Shown: positions 1-14,281, counted from the stretch's first letter. The stretch: 64,000 nt of DNA from the human T2T-CHM13v2.0 reference genome, Homo sapiens (GCF_009914755.1 NC_060925.1), one strand, 5' to 3'. Program-made: numbers and translations. The notes: generated by a model from the sequence alone, not told the origin.

Positions 1-705
1 TTAGAGAAGAGAGAGATTCCAGCTGGATGTAGACTGAGGAAGGCTGCAAGCAGAAAACAGAATCTGAGCTGGATTTTGAAGGCCAGATTGGGTTTTGATG
101 GGAGGAGGTAAGGTAGTGTGAAGGACATGCCGAAGTGAGTACACTGCATGTTCTGTAACTATTGTAGCCCAGTGGGGCAAAGGTATCAGGCAAAAGAATG
201 AAGATACAATCTGAACTGCAACTGGAAATACAAGTTTATAGAAGATCCCTGGGTCTGGATTTTACTCCAAGGCTGTAAGGAATCATCGAAGATTTTAGAA
301 CAAGAAAAGGACAGAGATCAGAGCTTGAAAGTCAACAAAAGGTTGTTCTTAACCAGCTATAATGAAGGAGAGTCCATAACTCCTTGGGTATCACTTACCA
401 CCAGCTCATAACTCCTGGCAGCCGGAAGCTCTAATGTCTAACACAAATCTCTTTCCTGAGATCCTGATGTCCGCTGTGCTTTGTGAATCTCTCCGTCAAG
501 CAGAGAGTTCCACTGGTTTCTATGTAGCTGCGCTTCATGAGAAGGCAAAGGAAGCTGATATTTTACTCTGAGAGTCAAAGGAACTGTCAATTAACCAAAT
601 ACGTGGACCTTCTTCCAAGAACTTCTGGGGAGAAGAAACACAGTTTACATAAGAATATTTTCTGCATAAAAAGAAGATTCCTGTGCTGGCTTCAAGGTAC
701 TCAAG

Positions 706-802
706 GAAGAGGAGGTGGAAAATGAGAAATAGGGAACAGAGGATGAGGAGGGAAAAGAGAAGGAGGAGAACGGAGGAAATTAGAAAGAGGAAGAGGAAAG
801 GG
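706..802 (+). repeat. GA-rich low-complexity tract
   Basis: Nearly pure purine run (gaggaa/gaaaag variants). Confidence 0.8.
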
Positions 803-805
803 ATG

Positions 806-1283
806 TGTAGTTGGTTAAATTATGCCTCCTCACCAAGCCCCTCCAAAGATATGTGCCAGGGTCCTAAACCCTGGTACCTATGAATGTGACCTCATTTGGA
901 AATAAGATCTTTGAAAATGTAATTAATTTAAGGAGCTCAAGATGAAATCATCTTGCATTTAGAGTGGGCCCTGAGTCCTGTGACTATGTTCGTATAAGAG
1001 AAAGGTGTGGGAGATTTGAACCCTAGAGACACAGGGGTGAAGGCCATATGAACACAGAGGCAGAGATTGGAATGATGTGGTCACAAGCCAAGGATCACCA
1101 GGAGCCACCAGAAGCTGAAAGAGGCAAGGAAGTGTTCTCCCCTATAGCCTTCAAAGGAAATGTGGCCCTACCAACACCTTGATTTCTGACCTCTGACCCC
1201 TGAAAGTGTGAGAGAATAAATTTATGTTGTTTTAAGCCACCAAATTTATGATAATCTGCTACACCAGTCATAGGAAACGAATA
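806..1283 (+). mobile_element. ERVL-MaLR solo LTR, MLT1-like (B/C/D)
   Basis: Motifs gaatgtgacctcatttggaaataag, ccacagaagctgaaagaggcaagga and gagaataaattt...tttaagccac. Confidence 0.8.
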
Positions 1284-1965
1284 ATTAGGGGATCCCCCAA
1301 GTGTGTGGGGGACATGGGAGGGAGATATCACAGTATGTACCACTCTCAAGTAGCCACCAATATGATGGTTTTCTTTTCCTCAGGAAGCTCGAGAATGATG
1401 AGTAAAATCTGAGACTTCTGGACAATACAGGACACACACAAATAATGGAAAAGACACTCAAATAAGGTGGAAACTAAGTAAACAATTGAAACGTGGAGTC
1501 AGATGCCACTGACAGCCTAAGAAAGCCAAGTAGCCCAGCTTCCCCATGGGGTTGTCCTCGGCTTTGGTGAGGGGAAGAAGCAGGGTCTGTCCTGGACACT
1601 TGTTCCTGGGCTCAGGGCCCAAGTGTTTGATGCACAGCTTCCCACTCTTTCAATGGAGGTGCACCTATTGTCTCCTCAGCCAAAGACTCAGGATCATGAA
1701 TAACTCATAGTAAACTCACTGGGGGGTTGTAGGCATGGATTTTTTGTAAACACCATAAAAGGTCCTTGATCCAAAAGGCTCTGCACTCAGTGCATTACAT
1801 GTACTTTCTATTCTCCCCAGGCCCTACCCCACCCCTACATCAGCCCATTATAATTCTTAAAGATTTTGTGCTCAAGCCAGGGGCCCGAGTGGGGGCATTT
1901 ACCCTCCATATAGTGCAAACATACACAAAGAACAATTGACCACCATATAACATAACACTTTGTAG

Positions 1966-2304
<339 letters not shown>

Positions 2305-2511
2305 CAGACTAATGTTTATCTCTGACCCAAAGGGAAAAAAATACTTCCCAAGCCAAGTAGATCTGACCTGAAAACACCACCATCTGGCCAAGAAACAGAA
2401 CTTTTGGGATGATTGGATCCAAGAAATTGTTGTGTGGATTATCCAGCCTTCTTCTCCCTGGCTGCCACTCTTAGGACTAATCACTGATAGGAGGAAATGC
2501 TGCTAACACAT

Positions 2512-2916
2512 TGATATAGTTTGGATATTTTTTTCCCTGCCCAAATTTCATGTTGAAATGTAATTCCCAATGTTGGAGGTGGGGGCCGATAGGAGGTGTG
2601 TGGGTCACGGGGGTGGATCCCTCATGGATTGGTGCTGTTCTTATGATAGTGAGTTCTCATGAGATCTGCTTGATTAAAAGTGTGTGGTACCTCCCCCAAC
2701 TCTCTCTATTGCTCCTGCTTTTACCGTGCGACGTGCCTGCTCCACACTTCACCTTCTGCCCAAGCAAAAGCTTCCTGAGGCCTCCCCAGAAGCCAAGCAG
2801 ATGCTGGCACCATGCTTGTATGGCCTGCAGAACCATGAGCTAATTAAAACTCTTTTCTTTATAAATTATCCAGTCTCAGGTATTTCTTTATAGCAACATA
2901 AGGAGGGCCTGATACA
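2512..2916 (+). mobile_element. MaLR solo LTR, MSTA/MSTB-like
   Basis: Starts tgatatagtttggat, contains cccaaatttcatgttgaaatgtaat, ends agtctcaggtatttctttatagca...taca. Confidence 0.85.
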
Positions 2917-2931
2917 CAAGTACACACAGGG

Positions 2932-2932
<1 letters not shown>

Positions 2933-2971
<39 letters not shown>

Positions 2972-2990
2972 ATACAAAGACACACACACA
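2933..2990. repeat. (CA)17 microsatellite with degenerate extension
   Basis: Read directly. Confidence 0.95.
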
Positions 2991-5129
2991 GAGCAGCAGC
3001 AACATTGCTGGCAGACACAACAGTCCATGGGGAAAGCAAGCAAACTTCCAGCCATGGGTGTGGGAGCATGCATGCACATGTACAAGTGCAAACAGGGCCT
3101 GCTTCTGCAGAAGGAGACATTAGTAGTCGAAGCTCATGCAGTGACAAAGGGGCAGCTGCTTACGCTTTAGTCCCCTCTGTGACCCCTGTGCATGCAAAGC
3201 AGTCACCGACAGTGGCAGAGAGGGAAGTAGGAAGCACAGAGTGGTCGGGGTGGGGGTGGGCTGCCCCTGCTCATGGGCACAGAATGCAGCTTTGCTAACA
3301 GATTAGGTGGGGCTGGTGGAAATGGAAAAGCTGCTTAAAATGATTACTTATAGAGAGAATCCAAGGAGTTTTGTTGCTTGTGACCACAGATAATCAGGGG
3401 CTGCCTCCAGCACCAGTCCAACAAGCTTAGAGATGAAAGGACCCCTGTTCAGGTTCTAACCTGAGAGAAATGTCAGAGAAGAATTAGGAAGTGCTTTAAC
3501 ACAAAGCCCAGGATGAAAAATCTGGCAGCTCTCCAACTGTCTCAACATGCAGCATAATAGCGAAACAAAGCCACTCCGCGGCTACATTCATCCAGCCATG
3601 AGGCAGAAGGACTGGGAAAACTGGATTTGGCATGCAAGCCCTTCCCTGGGTTTTCTTCTAGCCCAGCTCACAGTTTGAGGTTTGCAAAGGCATCTGCCTC
3701 CCTGGGCAAGAAGTTTGTCTATACAGAGCAGATACCGGGTTCCTCTTTTCCATAAATATTTCTGCAAAATCCATTCATCTTCCTGAAATCTCTAATTATG
3801 AGTACACTTTGACTTTATTTCTCAGTGCACCTTTCTTTCCCTTAGCCCGATTCTTTCCCCCAGATCCCCACTTTCCTAGGGCAAAAGAAAGCGGCTTCCA
3901 CTCACAGCAAATTTTCTGAGTCCTCCCCACAGTGAAGTGAAAACCAAAGAGAGAACATTATCAGAGAAAAGCAGCACTATTCATACATCCTTAACTTTAC
4001 ATAATAATTTCATAATTGCTTTTTATGAAATCAAGTTTAATCACATTTCTGCTGCAAAAATGCTTGAAATCGTGACTTTACGAAAGGAGAGGTTGCCAGC
4101 GTACTGCATGGCACGCTGCTAGCTATGGAACCCCTCATGGTGTACTTTTGTTTGTTAAGATTTCCAATATTTTAAACTCCATTTCCTAACTCTACAGGTG
4201 CTCTCCTCTTTTTCATATATGATCCTTCCGCCTACTGCCATCTGCCATAGGATTTGTCCCATAGCCTGGAGAAACCCTCCCCCTGCTTACAGTCTTTGGA
4301 ACCCAGCCTCATATCTTGGTTCATCCAGATGGTTACAGAGATCTTCTGACAGAGTTAGGATGCAGTATCACTTTACCAATAGGGGGTGTCCAGTGTATAA
4401 TGTGCTCCATCCTGAGGAATGCAGGGTTTTAGATGCTATAACACAAACAAATGTCCTCCTTTAAAAATTCATACTTTGTCAACCAGAAGTTATTTTCATA
4501 TCTGGTTTAAGCATTTGCAAGAAGTGTGCCAGGAAATACAGCAGAATACAGAAGCTGTCTGCAAATAGATCTCCAAGTGATAAGGCACAATCTTCAGTAT
4601 GCTGCCTGTTGCAAGAGGTTTTTTAAAAATTAAATCTATCATGGAAAATACACTGGCCTTTGCTACTATAGGCAGCTCAGGGACAGTCAGATGGATGTAA
4701 AAGCCTGGGAAGTGAAAAGTTTGAGGAGCCACTGGGACTCTATAACATTGCCTGGTACTGGGAATTAGGATGGAAGGGATAGTGAACTCACTGGTGGCCC
4801 CCTGGGAATATTGCTTCCCAGTCCATGCTGATCCACTTGTTCTTGGGGTCCCTAGACACTTCTAGAAAAGGCTAATCCTGAAGGTTGGCCTACCCTGAAA
4901 GTCTGAGACGATTCCCTTCTGGTGTCTTCAAGCAGCCTTCTCTTAGGTAAAACAAGGTCAGGAAGGAGCTAGAAACAAATTTGGGGGAGAGGGAAGCTGG
5001 ATAGTGATTTCTCTCAGAAGGCTCTCTTCCTAGGTTCTTACTGATTAGCAATTCAGATTCACTGTTCTCATATCAGCCCATCCTGGCAAAGGCACCTTCC
5101 TGATTGAGTATCAGCCATTTAATCAATCA

Positions 5130-5380
5130 TCTTGCTTTTGTGCTGCACCTCTTCCAATTGGTGACTCTATTTCTCTGATCCTAGGAGTGCAGTCCTGGCC
5201 AATGGGCCCTTTGTAGCCCCGGGGGAGGCTGTCATCCCAGTGATGAATCTGGGGGCTTCAGCATGCCCTGTCTATCTCATGTGTAATTCCATTAAAGCAG
5301 CAGGCCATTGGCTACCACCTATGGGCATCTGGGCCCTATGGAGCCACCATAGGACTTGACGAATGATGGCATTTGAATCA
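5130..5380. repeat. Left arm of ~250-bp inverted repeat (partner 5899-6149)
   Basis: Hand alignment to the reverse complement of 5899-6149: about 194/252 identical, outer 28 bp perfect. Confidence 0.92.
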
Positions 5381-5898
5381 ACCATCTCTGTGCCCTGTCC
5401 ATAATAAGGGACATAGGAGTACACAGAAGGGACTGGGTTTCTCTTCTAGTCAGGTAAATTCCTACCCCTCTATCAAGATCCAGCTCAAGAGTTACTTCCT
5501 CAAAGAGTTTCCTAACTATTCCTATGGCCAGAAAAGGCCTTAGATTCATGGTTATCATATTCCCACTCTTCCTTTAAGGCTTCTTCCCAGCCCAGCTTTG
5601 GCCATATTCTAAGCCACTCCCTGACTCTTCAGGTTGTGCCCAGGTGCAAATCTCCAGTCAAGCTGGCCACTCAACTGAGAGCTGAAGGTCATTCTTCTGG
5701 CCTCTCATGATGAACAGAAGCAAACTACAGCTCTGAATATTCCTGTCACAGACCATCACCAGACTTTTATGCTACCTCAGTGGTACCATAGCAGAGCCAC
5801 ATGCCAAATAGCCACTTGTCAGGAGGATCATTCTGCTCCATTGTTTAATTATGCAAACTCATTTGCATCTCCTTCCTCTGTCTCTGAACAAACAGCAA

Positions 5899-6149
5899 TC
5901 ATGCAAATACCATCAGCTATCAAGCCCTGTGGGGGCTCCATAAAGCCTGGATACCCTTAGGCAGTGGCCAGAGGCCTGCTGCTCTAATGGAATTACTGAA
6001 GAGCTACACAGGGCATGCTGCAGTCTCCAAAACCAATCCTGGGCTGACAGCCTCCTCCAGCGGATACTGAGGACCCATCAGCTAGGGAAGCTCTACTAGG
6101 ACAGAGAAATGAGGTCACTATTTGGAAGAGGTGCAGCACAAAAGCAAGA
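5899..6149. repeat. Right arm of ~250-bp inverted repeat (partner 5130-5380)
   Basis: For example ttggaagaggtgcagcacaaaagcaaga (6122-6149) is the exact reverse complement of 5130-5157. Confidence 0.92.
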
Positions 6150-7243
6150 GCATGGTCTTGAGACTCAAGAAGACCACACTCCCCACAGCTTCTTGCCCAT
6201 GCTCCTCACCTGAGAGGGGCCCTACCTGCTCTAGTCACAAGTCCACAGATGGTACCTTTTTGAGAGTTTAGAGACATTGTTTGGTGACCTGGAAGTGGAG
6301 GTCAAAGCAGGCATTTTAGTTTCAGCCCAGAGATTGGAGTGCTTGCTCTGGACAGGACAAAGGCCCCCAAAGGCAGAACTGAGTGGCAAGTGTGGAGAGT
6401 GCACCAGCAGTAGGTGCTGGAATTAGACTCTCTCTCATCGCAGGACAGGAAAGGAGAGTAGCTGAAGCCAAGGTTTCTCCCAGGCAGCAAGACTTGCAGC
6501 CAGAGACAGCTTTGTGACCTGGAACCAGTCTGTGTATGCCACTACTGGATGCCCCAGCCTGCTCCCTTGGTCAGCTGGGGGACAGTGGCCTACCAGCTGA
6601 GGAGCAAGAGAGAGGTGGAACCCCCTCCCCTGGAGATCTAACCTCAAGCACAGTCTACCCTTAAAGAAGGGAGAATCACAGCCCATCAAAGTCCCCACTG
6701 AGTCAAAGAAAATGTGAGTGTGGTGCCAGCTGCTAAAGGGAGCACCACCAAAGCCTGGAAATGGACCTGGAGAGGGGATAATATATCACCTTCCACCAAC
6801 CTCCTCAGTGCACTATTGTGGACTCATCAGTGGCTCTTTCTGTTGGGGCTCAGGGAGCATGGGCTGAAAGAAACCACTTCTCAGACTTCTCCAGTGAATC
6901 CATCCCCAGTGAAGGCAAACGCACACTGGGAGGTGTTGCTTTTCATGCTTCTCCCTTGCCTCTGTCCCTGCCGCTAACTGCCGGCTCTTACTCTTAAGCC
7001 ACTTACTGGACTGCAGCCTGAATTACATCACCAAACAAAAATTACGTTGCTACAATAAGCAATGTGTGAGAAGCCATAGCACAAAACTATGTGCAAACAT
7101 GGAACTCATACAGAGCCTTGGTGCCCTGAAAGCTCCCAGAAATGAAGCAGTTGCTTATGCACAATATATACCACAGTCATACCCCAAGGGGAAAAAAGAA
7201 TTAAAAAATCAAGAAGCCCTATCCAAACCTATCCAAATGATAG

Positions 7244-7289
7244 ACACACACACACACACACACACACACATATTTTATATATATATATA
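7244..7289. repeat. Compound (AC)n/(TA)n microsatellite inside the L1
   Basis: Read directly. Confidence 0.9.
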
Positions 7290-7945
7290 AAGAAGTGCTG
7301 GCTCTCTCAGGTGAGAGGGAACCAGTGCAAGAAGCACTGCAATAAAAAATCCAGAGTGTTATGTTACCTCCAAGAGACCCCACTAGCTCCCAAGCAATGG
7401 ATCTGAGCCAGAATGAAATGTCTGGAATGACAAACATAGAATTCAGAATATGGATGGCAAACACCAATACCCAAAAACATCACAAGCAAGTTGAATTCCA
7501 ATACAAAGAAGCCAGGAAAACAATCCAAGATTTGAAAAACAATATGGCTATATTAAGAAAAAATGAAAGCAAGACTCTGGAATTGAAAAATTCACGGCAG
7601 GAATTTCAAAATATAGTAGGAAGCCTTAACAACAGACTAGACCAAGCAGAAGAAAGTATTTCAGAACTCTAAGATAGGTCCTTTGAATTAACCCAAATTT
7701 GTTTGTTTGAATCAACAAAAATAAAGAAAAAAGAATTTTAAAAAATGAACTAAGCCTTCAAGAAATACGGGATGACATAATGTAACCAAATACATGACTT
7801 ATTAGCATTCTCAAGAGAGAAGAGATAGTAAGCAACTTGGAAAATATATTTGAGGATATAATTCAGGAAAATTTCCCCAATCTTGCTAGAGAGGTCAACA
7901 GGCAGATATAAGAAATCTAGAGAATTCCTGTGAGATACTATACAA

Positions 7946-8260
7946 CAGGGGCTCCCAACCCCTGGAGCCATGACTGGTACCAGTCCAAGGCCTGTTAAAA
8001 ACGGGTCCATACAGCAGGAGATGAGCGGCAGGTGAGCAAGCACTGCCACCTGAGCTCCGCCTCCTATCAGATCAGCAGTGGCATTGGATTCTCATAGGAG
8101 TCTGAACCCTATTGTGAGCTGTGCACGCGAGGAATCTAGGTTGCACACTCCTTATGAGATGAAACAGTTTCATCCTGAAACCATCCCTGCCACCCCAGTT
8201 CATGGAAAAATTGTCTTCCATAAAACTGGTCCCTGGTACCAAAAAGGTTGAGGACTGCTG
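7946..8260 (+). mobile_element. MER1B-like hAT-Charlie DNA transposon nested in L1 ORF1
   Basis: Ends caggggctcccaacc / ggttgaggactgctg; perfect 8-bp TSD ctatacaa at 7938-7945 and 8261-8268. Confidence 0.92.
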
Positions 8261-8659
8261 CTATACAAGACAACCATCTCCAAGGCACATAGTCATCAGA
8301 CTATCCAAGGTCAATGTGAAAGAAAAAAAATCTTAAAGGCAGCTAGATAAAAAGGATCATATTACCTATAAAGGGTAATACTATAATATGACCCTTTCAT
8401 AGTATTAGTGTGAAAACCATCAGACTAAGAACAGACTTCTCAGCAGAAACCTTGCCAGCCAGAAGAGATTGGGGACCATTTTTGGCATTCTTGAAAAGAT
8501 AAGCCAGCCAAGAATTTCATTTCCTTCCAAAGAAAGCTTCATAAACAAAGGAGAAATAAAGTGTTTCCCAGACAAGCAATTGCTAAGGGAATTCATCACT
8601 ACCAGACCAGTCCTACAAAAAATGCTTAAAGGAGTCCTAAACATGGAAACAAACGAATG

Positions 8660-9029
8660 TGTATTTGTCTGTTTTCATGCTTCTGATAAAGACATAACTG
8701 AGACTGGGCAATTTACAAAAGAAAAAGTTTTAATGGACTTACAGTTCCATATGGGGAGGCCTCACGATCATGGCAAAAGCCAAGGAGACACAAGTCGCAT
8801 CTTACGTGGATGGTAGCAGGCAAAGAGAGAGGGCTTGTGCAGGGAGATTCCTCTTTATAAAACCATCAGATCTCATGAGACTTATTCACTATCATGAGAA
8901 CAGCAAGGGAAAGACCTGCCCCTATGATTCAATTATTGAATATGATTCAATTACCTCCCTCCAGGTCCCTCCCAAAACACATGGGAATTCACGATGAGAT
9001 TTGGGTGAGAACACAGTCAAATCATATCA
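8660..9029 (-). mobile_element. THE1 (A/B-like) solo LTR nested in the L1, sense to KCNH1
   Basis: THE1 motifs catcagatctcatgagacttattcactatcatgagaac; perfect 5-bp TSD gaatg at 8655-8659 and 9030-9034. Confidence 0.92.
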
Positions 9030-9063
9030 GAATGATACTTGCTACCACAAAAGTACATGTAAA

Positions 9064-9428
<365 letters not shown>

Positions 9429-12400
9429 TCAACTAGTTGTTGGCAACTAGCCAACAACACTACAACAGGAACAAAATCTCACAAAGCAACATTAACCTTG
9501 AGTGTAAATGGTCTAAATGCTCCAATTAAAATACAGAGAGTGGCAAATTGGATTAAAAAAACAAGACTCATCCTTTTGCTATCTTCAAGAGACCCATCTC
9601 ACATGTAATGACACCCACAGACTCAATGTAAAGAGATGGCAAAAGATCTACTGCACAAATGGAAAACATAAGACAGCAGGGGGTCGCTAGTCTTATATCA
9701 CATAAAATAGGCTTCAAACCAACAAAAGTAAAAAAGGACAAAGAATAACATTACATAATGATAAAGGTGTTCAAATCAACAAGAACACTTAACTATCCCA
9801 AATATATATACAATTAAAATTGGAACATTCAGATTTATAAGACTATTATTTCTAGACCTGAGAAATGACTTTGATAGTCACGAAATAATAGTGGGGGACT
9901 TCAATATCCCACTGACAGCAATAGACAGGTAGTCAATGCAGAAAAATAACAAAGAAATTCTGGACTTAAATTTGGTACTCGACCAATCGGACTTAATAGA
10001 CATCTACAGAATACTCTACCCAACAACCACACAGTATACATTCTTCTCATCTGCACATGGAACGTACTCTAAGACTGACCACGTGCTTGGTCATACAGCA
10101 AGTCTCAATAAATTAAAAAAAATCAAAATCATACAGTGGAATAAAAATAGAAATCAATTCCAAATGAACTCTTAAAACTACCCAAATACATGGAAACTAA
10201 ACAACTTGCTCCTGAATGACTTTTAGGTAAAAAACAAAATTAAGGCAGAAATTAAAAAAAAATTCTTCGAAACAAATGAAAATAGAGACATGACATACTA
10301 AAATCTCTGGGATGCATCAAAAACAGTGTTAAGAGGAAAGTTTATAGTTCTAAATGCCTATATCAAGAAGATAGATAGATCTGAAATTAACAACCTAAGA
10401 TCAGAGCTAAAGGAACTAGAAAACAAGAACAAGCTAAACCCAAAGCTAGCAGAAGAAAAGAAATAGCAAAAATCAGGGCAGAACTAAATGAAACTGAGAC
10501 CAAAAACCATAGGGAGGATCAACAAAACAGAAGGTTGGTTCTTCGAAAAGGATAAACAAGTTCGATAGACCACTAGCTAGATGAACAAAGGAGAGAGAAG
10601 CTCCAAATAAGCACAACCAGAAATGACAAAGACAATATCACAACCAATCCCACAGAAATATAAAAGATCCTCAGAGACTATTATGAACATCTCTATGTAG
10701 ACAAACTAGAAAATCTAGAAGAAATTGATAAATCTCTGGAAACACATAACCTCTCAGGATTGAATCAGGAAGAAAAAGAAATCCTGAAAAAACCAATAGT
10801 GAGTAATGGAATTGAACCAGTAATAAAAAACCTGCCAACCAACAAAAGCCCTGGACCAGATGGATTCACAGCCAAATTCGACCAGATATACAAAGAAAAG
10901 CTGGTTCCAATCCTACTGAAACTATTTTTAAAAATCAAGGAGGAGGGACTCCTCCTTAACTCATTCTACTAAATCAGCATCATCATGATACCAAAATCTG
11001 GCAAAGACACAACAAAAAAAGAAAACTACAGATCAATATCTCTGATGAACATAGATGCAAAAATCTTCAGCAAAATACTAGGAAACTAAATCCAGCAGCA
11101 CATCAAAAAGTTAATTCACTGTGAGCAAGTGGGCTTTATTCCTGGGATGCAAGGATGGTTCAACATGTGCAAATCAAAAAATGTAATTCACCATATAAAC
11201 AGAATGAAAAATAAAAACCATGTAATCATCTCAATAGATGCAGAAAAAGTAGTCAATACAATCCAACATCTCTTTATAATGAAAACCCTCAAAAAACTGG
11301 GAATTGAAGGAACACATCTCAAAATAATAAAAGCCATCTATGACAGATCCACAGCCAACATCATACTGAATGGACAAAAGGCAGAAACATTCGCCCTAAG
11401 AACTAGAACAAAACAAAGATGTTCACTCTCATCACTCCTATTCAACATAGTAATGGAAGTTCTAATCAGAGTAATCAGACAAGAGAAAGAAATAAAGGGC
11501 ATCCAAACAGGAAAGGAAGAAGTCAAACCATCTCTTTGCTGATGATATTATTCTATATCTAAAAAACCCTAAAGACCAAAAGTCTCCTAAATTTGATGAC
11601 TTCAGGAAAGTCTCAGGATACAAAATCAACATACAAAAATCAGTAGCATTTCTATACACCAATAATATGCAAACTGAGAGCCAAATCAAGAATGCAATTT
11701 CATTTGCAGTAGCCACACACACAAAAATAAAATACCTAGGAATACATCTAACCAAGCAAGTAAAAGACCTCTCCTGGAAGAACTATTAAGCACTATTTAA
11801 ATAAATCATAGACAACACAAACAAACAGAAAAGCATTCCATACTTATGAATTGGAAGAATCAGCATCATTAAAATGTGCATACTTCCCAAAGCAATGTAC
11901 AGATTCAACACTATTCCTATCAAGTTACCAATGTCATTTTTTTCACAGAATTAGAAAAAAACTATTCTAAAATTCATATGGAACCAAAAAACAGCGCAAA
12001 TAACCAAGGCAATCCTACACAAAAAGAGTAAAGCTGGAGGCAATCACATTATCCAACTTCAAAGTACATTACGAGGTTACAGTAACAAAAACAGCATGGT
12101 ACTGGTACAAAAACAGATGAATACACCAATGGAACAGAATAGAAAGTTTGAAATGAAGCCACACACCTAAAACTAACTGGTCTTTGACAAAGCCAACAAA
12201 AATAAACAATAGGGAAAGAATACCCTATTCAATAAATGATACGAGAAAATTGGCTAACTATATGCAGAAGAATGAAACTGGACCCCTACCTCTCACCATA
12301 TACAGAAATTAACACAAGATGAATTAAAGACTTAAATGTAATACCTCAAACTATAAAAATCCTAGAAGAAAACCTAGAAAACACCCTCCTAGATATTGAC

Positions 12401-13875
12401 CTAGGCAAATAATTTATGCTAAGTCCTCAAAAGCAAATGCAACAAAAATTAAAATTGACAATTGGGGTCTAATTAAATGAAAGAGCTTCTGCACAGCAAA
12501 AGAAACTATGAACAGAGTAAACAGACAATCTACTGGATGGGAGAAAATATTTACAAACCATGCATCTGATAAAGAACTAATATCCAGAATCTATGAGGAA
12601 CTTAAATCAACAAGCAAAAACCAAATAACTTCATTAAAAAGTGGGCAAACGACATGAACAGATGCTTCTCAAAGGAAGACATCCTAATGGCCAAGAAACA
12701 TGAAAAAATGTTCAACATCACTATCATCAAAGAAATGCAAACCAAAACCACAAAGAAATACCATCTCACACCAGTCAGTATGGTTATTGTTAAAAAGTCA
12801 CAAAATAACAGATGGTAAGGTTGGGAAGAAAAGGGAATGCTTACATACTGTTGGTGGGAATGCCAATTAGTTTAGCCCCTGTGGAAAACAGCTTGGAGAT
12901 TCTCAAATAGCTAAAAATAGAATTACCATTCGACCTAGAAATCCCATTACTGGTTATAAACCCAAAGGAAAATAAATTGTTCTACCAAAAAAGACACCTG
13001 CACTCATATGTTTATCACAGCACTATTCACAATAGCAAAGACATGGAATCAACCCAGGTGCCCATCAACAGTAGACTGGATAAACTATGGTACATATACA
13101 CTATGGAATACTACAGAGCCATTAAAAAGAACAAAATCATGTCCTTTGCAGCAACATAAATGCAGCTGAAGGCCATTATCCTAAGTGAACTAATGCACAA
13201 ACAGAAAACTATGTACCACATGTTCTCACTTACAAGTAGTAGCTCAACATTGAGTACACATGGACACAAAGATGGGAACAATAAACACTTGGGATTCCAA
13301 AACTGGGGGTGGGGGTACAGAAGGGTCCAAAACTGGGCAGGGGGTAATGGTGGCGGGTGGAAGGGTTGAAAAACTATCTACTACTGGGTAGTATGTTCAC
13401 TACTTGGGTAGTGGGATCACTAGAAACCCAAACCTCAGCATCATGTAATATACCCATGTAACAAACCTGCACACATACCCCCAGAATCTAAAATTTAATA
13501 AAACAAACAACCACAAAAAGAGTATGGGCTTGGTGATTGCCAGGCTTGAGCTACAATTCTAACTCCAATTAGCTTAATGGATCAGAAGCAAATTATTTAA
13601 CCTATCTTGGCCTCAGCACCTAAGTGAGATACATGTAAATGCGTTAACTCATACTTGGCAGATGAGACAATAAATTGGGATGGTTATTATATTTTATGCT
13701 GGCACCAGGGGTATCTGCAGAGGCTGAGAGACCTCTACAATCAGGGCCTGGGGGAGAGAAAAAGAAGGGAAAAGGGGCTATGAAATATATAGGAAAAGCT
13801 TCAGAGGGACAAAGAAGGAAAGATGTCTCTGCCGATACCATCTTTTAGCCAAGGCTTTAAGAATATACACCAATA

Positions 13876-14281
<406 letters not shown>

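Noticed and set aside
5319-5960. Two similar small ORFs on opposite strands (...GGSIGPRCP and ...GGSIKPGYP)
   Set aside because: The similarity comes from the DNA inverted repeat; there is no coding evidence.
5130-6149. Inverted repeat read as the terminal repeats of a DNA transposon
   Set aside because: No TSD flanks the outer ends, there is no transposase relic, and direct repeats flank only the left arm. A Dfam search is still needed to exclude it fully.
13296-13370. G-rich tract with duplicated tccaaaactggg
   Set aside because: Normal variable G-rich region of the L1 3'UTR.
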